Of a stretch of DNA of 33,600 nt, positions 28,690-33,600 are shown one piece after another (the stretch's first letter is position 1; each line of letters begins with the position of its first letter). The notes beneath the pieces were generated by a model. That model made no database searches. It saw only the letters and a list, made by a program, of their open reading frames with translations, and had not been told where the DNA came from. The translations under genes and the position numbers were made by a program. Location of the stretch: assembly GCA_012842045.1 (NCBI GenBank), contig DUTP01000002.1:1-33600 (forward strand). The letters run 5' to 3'. This DNA is from Candidatus Dojkabacteria bacterium (GTDB lineage: Bacteria; Patescibacteriota; Dojkabacteria; SC72).

Positions 28690-29581
28690 GGATTAAGGTT
28701 TTCAAGAATATCTTTTGATTTTTAACATAGATAATATTTTTGTTTCTTCTAAACCAAGTTCTCTGTCTTTTAGCATACTGCTTTGTATGGGTAATTATAT
28801 CTTCCCTTATTTCATCCAAATCTTCTTTCTCTCTAAATTCCCTATATCCAATACTATTTAGAGCAGGATATATATCTAATCCTTCCTCTTTAATCTTTTG
28901 ATTCTCTTCAATTAGACCTGATTTGAACATTGCATCTACTCTTCTTACAATATTTTTCTCTAATTTATCTTTTGGTATATCTAAGAAAAAATATCTATGT
29001 TCTAACTCTGGACCTTTCTCAATACTAGGTAGAGACCCCTTAAGAATTATTTGAATTAATCTATGTGGGTTATTTTGATCACTGCTGTTTAATTTCGTTA
29101 ACTTCTCTTTTCCAACAATGTTTTGTAATTCTGTAATATCTAAATCTTCTAACTCACTTCTTTCTTTTCCCAAATTTTTCTCTTGTTCTTGAAGTTTGTA
29201 GTTAAAAACAACAGAATCTATGTATAGTCCTGTACCACCAACTAATATTGGTGTAATGTCTTCTGGTAATTCTTTTAGTATTTTAAAAACATCTTTCTGA
29301 TATCGATAGAGATTGTATTCTTCTTTTACACTAATGTACGAGTAGAGTAGGTGTGGAATGTTATCGATATACCAAATACCATTCCTTATTTCCTCAGGAA
29401 CAGGTTTTGCTGTACCAATAGAAATTTCTTTGTAGACCTGTCTTGAATCAGCATTGATGATAACTCCATTTATATGTTTTGCTAACTCTAAAGCAACAGA
29501 AGATTTTCCACTAGCTGTACATCCAGCAATCACAATTATTGGCTTTTTACGATATTCTGTTTGTTTTGAGACATTACCCAT
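28679..29581 (-). CDS. miaA: tRNA dimethylallyltransferase
   Basis: GCTASGKS, NADSRQVY, IGTAKP, VGGTGLY, IGYRE, YAKRQRTWF. Confidence 0.97.
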   Translation of the reverse strand: MGNVSKQTEYRKKPIIVIAGCTASGKSSVALELAKHINGVIINADSRQVYKEISIGTAKPVPEEIRNGIWYIDNIPHLLYSYISVKEEYNLYRYQKDVFKILKELPEDITPILVGGTGLYIDSVVFNYKLQEQEKNLGKERSELEDLDITELQNIVGKEKLTKLNSSDQNNPHRLIQIILKGSLPSIEKGPELEHRYFFLDIPKDKLEKNIVRRVDAMFKSGLIEENQKIKEEGLDIYPALNSIGYREFREKEDLDEIREDIITHTKQYAKRQRTWFRRNKNIIYVKNQKIFLKTLIPKN

Positions 29582-30098
29582 TTTTCTGTTTGAAAAAAAG
29601 TGGGAAAAGGAAGTAATTTACCCAAGTGGTAAGGATTATTATTACACTAGTAATCAAAATGAAAGTAGTAGCTGGTTGATTTAGGAAAAAGATTAGTGCA
29701 AGACTCATTAGAGTAACAAATATTGAGATTAAGAAAGAATCTTTTAGAAATTCTTTCTGTAATTTCTCAACATTGATGTTCTTCATCATTTTCTTTGATA
29801 TGAAAAATCCTACAGACATGCTGATATATATGAAGTTGATTACAAATACTATAATTGGGGTGAGTTGGAAGATATATGTGATTTGAATTTTGAAAATAAT
29901 ATTAGCTAGAAGGAGGACGAGTGTTGTGATAATGGTTGCTGCTGTAAATGAAGTGAGAGTGAAGAATATATACTTCTTGTTTCTTATCAATATCCAGATA
30001 CCTAGGAGAATGGCTGCTACTATGAGCAAGAACATTAAAGTTAAACTGATTTTTTGATACCAAGTCCAATTGTAAAATATATGTTTAAACATTCCCAT
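29574..30098 (-). CDS. secF: Truncated, divergent SecF-like membrane protein
   Basis: About 5 TM helices spaced like SecF TM2-TM6; LKDSFLIS...LALIFF...F...TWVNYFLFP aligns by eye with LSRSINTS...ALYFF...F...TYSSIFIA. Lies directly downstream of the secD-like gene. Confidence 0.55.
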   Translation of the reverse strand: MGMFKHIFYNWTWYQKISLTLMFLLIVAAILLGIWILIRNKKYIFFTLTSFTAATIITTLVLLLANIIFKIQITYIFQLTPIIVFVINFIYISMSVGFFISKKMMKNINVEKLQKEFLKDSFLISIFVTLMSLALIFFLNQPATTFILITSVIIILTTWVNYFLFPLFFKQKNG

Positions 30099-30109
30099 AT
30101 TATCTTTTT

Positions 30110-31357
30110 CTAAATTCTTTTAATATTATCTAAATACCAATCTGTGAGTAAGTAGGCTAGTTTTGAGAAAGCAATTAATGCAATCATTGCTTGAGCAAAG
30201 AGAGATAGGAAACCGGTACCTAAAAGTGCAATTATTCCAAAAACTACAACACCTCCAATAACTAGTAGTAACTCTGCATCTCTGTTCTCTACAATAGCAA
30301 GTATAAATATTGAAATTAGAACTAACTGTACTGCAAGTAGGAATGTATCAACAGGAATATGGGATAGTTTAAGGTATGAAAGGAAGAATGTAATTGTAAG
30401 TAGTGTTGTTAGGAATGATGTGATCAATGTCTTCTTGGATCGGTGTTTGAAGAGTAGGAGATAGAGATATGTTGTGATAATTGCAATACCGAAAGATAGA
30501 GTTAATTTAACATGGTCTAATTTAATCATATTAACATCTAAACTCTTCTCCCCTTGTACTGAATATTCAACAGGTATCTTACCAGATGTGTAAAGAATTC
30601 TAAGAGCTTTTGTTTCTTCTTCTGTTTCTGTATAGACAGGTATTGTAATATCTGGAGTAGCAGTCATTTCTTCTGAGAATTCAGGTACAAGGAAAGGTGT
30701 TACAAAGAAGTCAATTTGCATACCTACAATCTGTCCTTGATTTTCTTTAAGAAAAGTTCTTAACTCTTTATCTTTACTCTGTTTCTGTTTAAAAACTGCA
30801 AAGTATCTATATTCTCCATCATTTGTTCTAAGTTTGTTTTTCGGTATGTATACATTTCTAAACATATCCCAATCTAAATCTGTTGGATTGTAGTTCTCTC
30901 CAAATATTATGGCATATGGATTCTCCTCATCTTCGAAATTAACCTCATCTTTTCTAGTTACAATTTTGTAATAGTGTCTGGTTGATATTAATTGTTGAAC
31001 TAAGCTTTCTTCTTTTGAAGTGTTTACAGTAACCTTTAATATTGATGTTTCTTCATCTCCTTCCTCTGTTCGTATTGCAACTCTTTCGACACCAAATCTT
31101 TTTAATCTTCTAAAAAGAATTTCTTTTGTTTTATTTATATCTTTCTTTTCTTTTGTATCTAAGACAAGGTTATATTCCTTAGACCAGTATTTTGAATCTT
31201 TAGTGTTAAGATTGAAAGTTACTTTATCTGATATCTTTTCTGTAAGAGGTAGTGCTACAAGAAGAGATGTTATGAATATTGCTGAAAGTAGAGTAAGTAG
31301 AAAAGACTTTAAGAAAAGTTGCCAATTAGGTTTTTTAAATCGAATTTTCAATTTCAT
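30110..31357 (-). CDS. secD: Divergent SecD-like protein
   Basis: TM1, about 250-aa extracytoplasmic domain, 5 TMs. Landmarks: EILFRRLKRFGV (cf. IIERRVNxLGV), NQGQIVGMQID (cf. NVGKxxAIxLD), ALRILYTSGKIPV (cf. LAxxLxAGALPV), GTGFLSLFA (cf. GTGxVKGFA). Confidence 0.72.
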   Translation of the reverse strand: MKLKIRFKKPNWQLFLKSFLLTLLSAIFITSLLVALPLTEKISDKVTFNLNTKDSKYWSKEYNLVLDTKEKKDINKTKEILFRRLKRFGVERVAIRTEEGDEETSILKVTVNTSKEESLVQQLISTRHYYKIVTRKDEVNFEDEENPYAIIFGENYNPTDLDWDMFRNVYIPKNKLRTNDGEYRYFAVFKQKQSKDKELRTFLKENQGQIVGMQIDFFVTPFLVPEFSEEMTATPDITIPVYTETEEETKALRILYTSGKIPVEYSVQGEKSLDVNMIKLDHVKLTLSFGIAIITTYLYLLLFKHRSKKTLITSFLTTLLTITFFLSYLKLSHIPVDTFLLAVQLVLISIFILAIVENRDAELLLVIGGVVVFGIIALLGTGFLSLFAQAMIALIAFSKLAYLLTDWYLDNIKRI

Positions 31358-31359
31358 TT

Positions 31360-31935
31360 CTAGAGTAGGTCAGCTATCTGTCCAAAGAGAACAATTTTAT
31401 CATTTTCAAGGACATTTATTAAGAAAGGTTCTTTTTTCTTTCTAGCAAAGTCAAAATCTTGTTTTGTAATTGCACTAAAGCGTAAATTTCTATCTAAGTC
31501 TTTCTCTAGTTGCACAACTGCAGCTAGTAACTCTTTTACTTTCATTGTACCTATGAACAAGAAGTCTATATCTGTATCTTCTTCGTGTTTTTTGTTTTTG
31601 ATAAAGTTGTCAGTGAGAACGATTACCTCTATCCCTTCAATGTCTTTTGTGATATCTAAAATAGCTTTGCCAACTTTAGATTCTTTATAGAAAATAGCTC
31701 TTAAATCCCAAAGGATAGGGCACTGTTTGTTTACTCTGTATACAACCTTGTTCCCTTCTTTCTTTGATTTGAGAATGCCTGCCTTTTCTAGGTTAATTAA
31801 TTCTCTTCTTACAGCATTAATCTCTTCATCTAGTAATCTAACCAAAGCTCTTACATGATATGCAGAATCAATATTAGACATATACACATCTAATATGCTA
31901 ATTCTCACTTTAGAAATGAAAAGGTTCTTTAACAT
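31360..31935 (-). CDS. Winged-HTH regulator fused to a degenerate nucleotidyltransferase-like domain
   Basis: LFISKVRISIL, HVRALVR...EINAVRRELINLEKAGIL; C-terminal DIDFLFIG without the GS motif. Confidence 0.8.
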   Translation of the reverse strand: MLKNLFISKVRISILDVYMSNIDSAYHVRALVRLLDEEINAVRRELINLEKAGILKSKKEGNKVVYRVNKQCPILWDLRAIFYKESKVGKAILDITKDIEGIEVIVLTDNFIKNKKHEEDTDIDFLFIGTMKVKELLAAVVQLEKDLDRNLRFSAITKQDFDFARKKKEPFLINVLENDKIVLFGQIADLL

Positions 31936-31955
31936 CTTTCCTTTAGTTCTTAATA

Positions 31956-33233
31956 TTACTGCTCTATTATATCAAATTTCCCATCAGATTGGGAAATGGC
32001 AGCAATCCATATTCTTCCTCTGTTAAATTTCATTGGTGCGCCAGAGCTGTCAAAAAACTGAGTTCTTTCTGTTCTAGAACCTTTTTTCCACTTACCATTA
32101 ATAACTTTTCCATCTAGAAGGTAAACAGCATCTCCTTGTGATATTGTATCTATCACTATTCTTGCAGTACCATCAGTAGATGGACGAGTATTTACTTTTT
32201 GTATTATTACATTCTTTGCATAAACCTGTGAGTTTGTTTCTTGATCAGCATCTATTACTCCACCAATCTTTCGTAAATATGAATTTGTGTCAGGGTCATA
32301 TGTCCATATGGCATCATATTTTCCTGAATTATTTAATCTCATATGGAATACAGTCTTAACCATTGTTTTCTTTCCTCGTTCTTCATTTTTGGCATCATTT
32401 TTAAATTCATATCCTTTTATATCAGGGAAAGAATCCCAATTTTGTCTCTTAGCATACTCCCAAGCATTCTTGATAGAGTTATATTCGTTATGAGGAGCAT
32501 ATCTTCTTCCATCATTCCATCTCCATGCTCCAATTGTTGAAATATCTTTAATCCCATATGCTCCAACATTTCCACAGGCATTTGCTCTTGGGTCTGTACT
32601 CTCAGCACAACCATCCCTTATCAGTAGAGGGTCATATTCACTTGCCCATTCCAAGTAGTATTGTCTGAGACTTCTTACTGGGCCAACTTTCTCTGGAGCA
32701 GAACTCCAAAATATTCCTAAATATCTAGTAATACCTGCTTCTGCGTTGGTTTCATAGACGATATCTGCACTGTTTAAACCAGATTGTGGTCTAGCTTCAG
32801 AATGATTATTAATCATCACTGCAACAGGTCTTCTTTTCTTTAGTACATCCATCTCTTTTTTTGTAAAGAGTAGTCCATTTAGTGGACTTTCTTCTGTTTT
32901 GGGTTCTTTGGGTTGTGAAAGTAATGGAAGCTTTCTTTTTGAAGAATCTGATTGCGATATTATGTATCTAGAATTAAACTTTATTACATTAGAAGGATGT
33001 GTTGGTTTTAATTTGTATATTCCAAAGTAGTAAAAAGCTACAATTCCTACCAGTGTTAAAATTGCAACAAGAGGAAAAGCAACTTTTCTAAGTATTGGGT
33101 GTTTCTGTTTTTTCTCTTCAGTCTTTTTTTTCTCTACATCTTTTTGAGGTTTTGTAGTAACAGTTTCAGTCTTGTTTTTACCAATGTTATTATCGACTTC
33201 TTTTCCATCTACTATTTCAACAACTTTTGCCAT
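31956..33233 (-). CDS. DUF3048 domain membrane-anchored protein
   Basis: SPLNG, RPVAVMINNHSEARPQSGLNSADIVYE, EAGITR, GPVRSLR, APHN, GRIWI. Start set at MAKV (33233). Confidence 0.92.
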   Translation of the reverse strand: MAKVVEIVDGKEVDNNIGKNKTETVTTKPQKDVEKKKTEEKKQKHPILRKVAFPLVAILTLVGIVAFYYFGIYKLKPTHPSNVIKFNSRYIISQSDSSKRKLPLLSQPKEPKTEESPLNGLLFTKKEMDVLKKRRPVAVMINNHSEARPQSGLNSADIVYETNAEAGITRYLGIFWSSAPEKVGPVRSLRQYYLEWASEYDPLLIRDGCAESTDPRANACGNVGAYGIKDISTIGAWRWNDGRRYAPHNEYNSIKNAWEYAKRQNWDSFPDIKGYEFKNDAKNEERGKKTMVKTVFHMRLNNSGKYDAIWTYDPDTNSYLRKIGGVIDADQETNSQVYAKNVIIQKVNTRPSTDGTARIVIDTISQGDAVYLLDGKVINGKWKKGSRTERTQFFDSSGAPMKFNRGRIWIAAISQSDGKFDIIEQ

Positions 33234-33239
33234 ATGAAT

Positions 33240-33284
33240 ATAGTAGCACAAATGTTTGGTATTTCAAATGGATTGTGCTACTAT
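33240..33284. promoter_or_regulatory. Symmetric divergent promoter pair (12-bp perfect inverted repeat)
   Basis: ATAGTAGCACAA (33240-33251) / TTGTGCTACTAT (33273-33284). Each arm is an extended -10 (TG-C-TACTAT) facing outward. Confidence 0.7.
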
Positions 33285-33317
33285 TTTAATAATAAGTTAA
33301 ATTATATATAGAAGCTT

Positions 33318-33600
33318 ATGAAAAAATCTTACATATATATTTTAATCATTCTGGTTGTTGTAGGTGGATTAGTTGCCTACATTGTGACTAAGAACAAGAA
33401 TGTTGATGAGAAACCTGTGGATACAACCCAGGAACAGGAAGAGGAAAGAAAACTTGTAAAAGAAGTTTTTGAAGATGACAAGAAGGATAGTAGTAAGAAG
33501 AAAGTTGTATCTAAAATTGAGAGTGATACGGATTTCTCCAGCTATTCTTCAAGCAAGCAAGAGGTTGGTGAATTAGGTGATGAGGAAGACCTATTTGTTT
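33318..33600 (+). CDS. Membrane-anchored/secreted hypothetical protein (3'-truncated by window edge)
   Basis: Open frame MKKSYIYILIILVVVGGLVAYIVTKNK... runs to the window end. Confidence 0.8.
   Translation, partial: MKKSYIYILIILVVVGGLVAYIVTKNKNVDEKPVDTTQEQEEERKLVKEVFEDDKKDSSKKKVVSKIESDTDFSSYSSSKQEVGELGDEEDLFV

Overview
AT-rich, gene-dense bacterial chromosomal segment. Its gene set and promoter style suggest Patescibacteria/CPR, possibly Dojkabacteria/WS6; this is inferred, not determined. Most of it is RNA/translation housekeeping (queA partial, tgt, rny, hup, archaeal-type pyrH, greA plus a second Gre-like factor, tRNA-Glu(CTC), trmD, glyQS, lysS, serS, thpR, miaA, nrnA) mixed with envelope proteins (CAP, LemA/TPM, L,D-transpeptidase-like, Gmad2/GerMN, DUF3048, ABC components). 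An accessory-looking run of single genes lies between tRNA-Glu and trmD (about 8.3-14.8 kb). I saw no CRISPR array, integrase, transposase or rRNA. The best leads are: (1) a SecD-like/SecF-like pair that appears to have lost the proton-relay residues, with SecF also lacking TM1 and its extracytoplasmic domain; (2) a JAB/MPN+ metalloenzyme-like gene wedged between queA and tgt; (3) a structured, 6S-like or leader RNA upstream of rny; (4) an Arr-like ADP-ribosyltransferase-fold orphan and a non-secreted transglutaminase-like protein; (5) widespread leaderless promoter architecture. All family calls come from reading motifs by eye; no searches were run.
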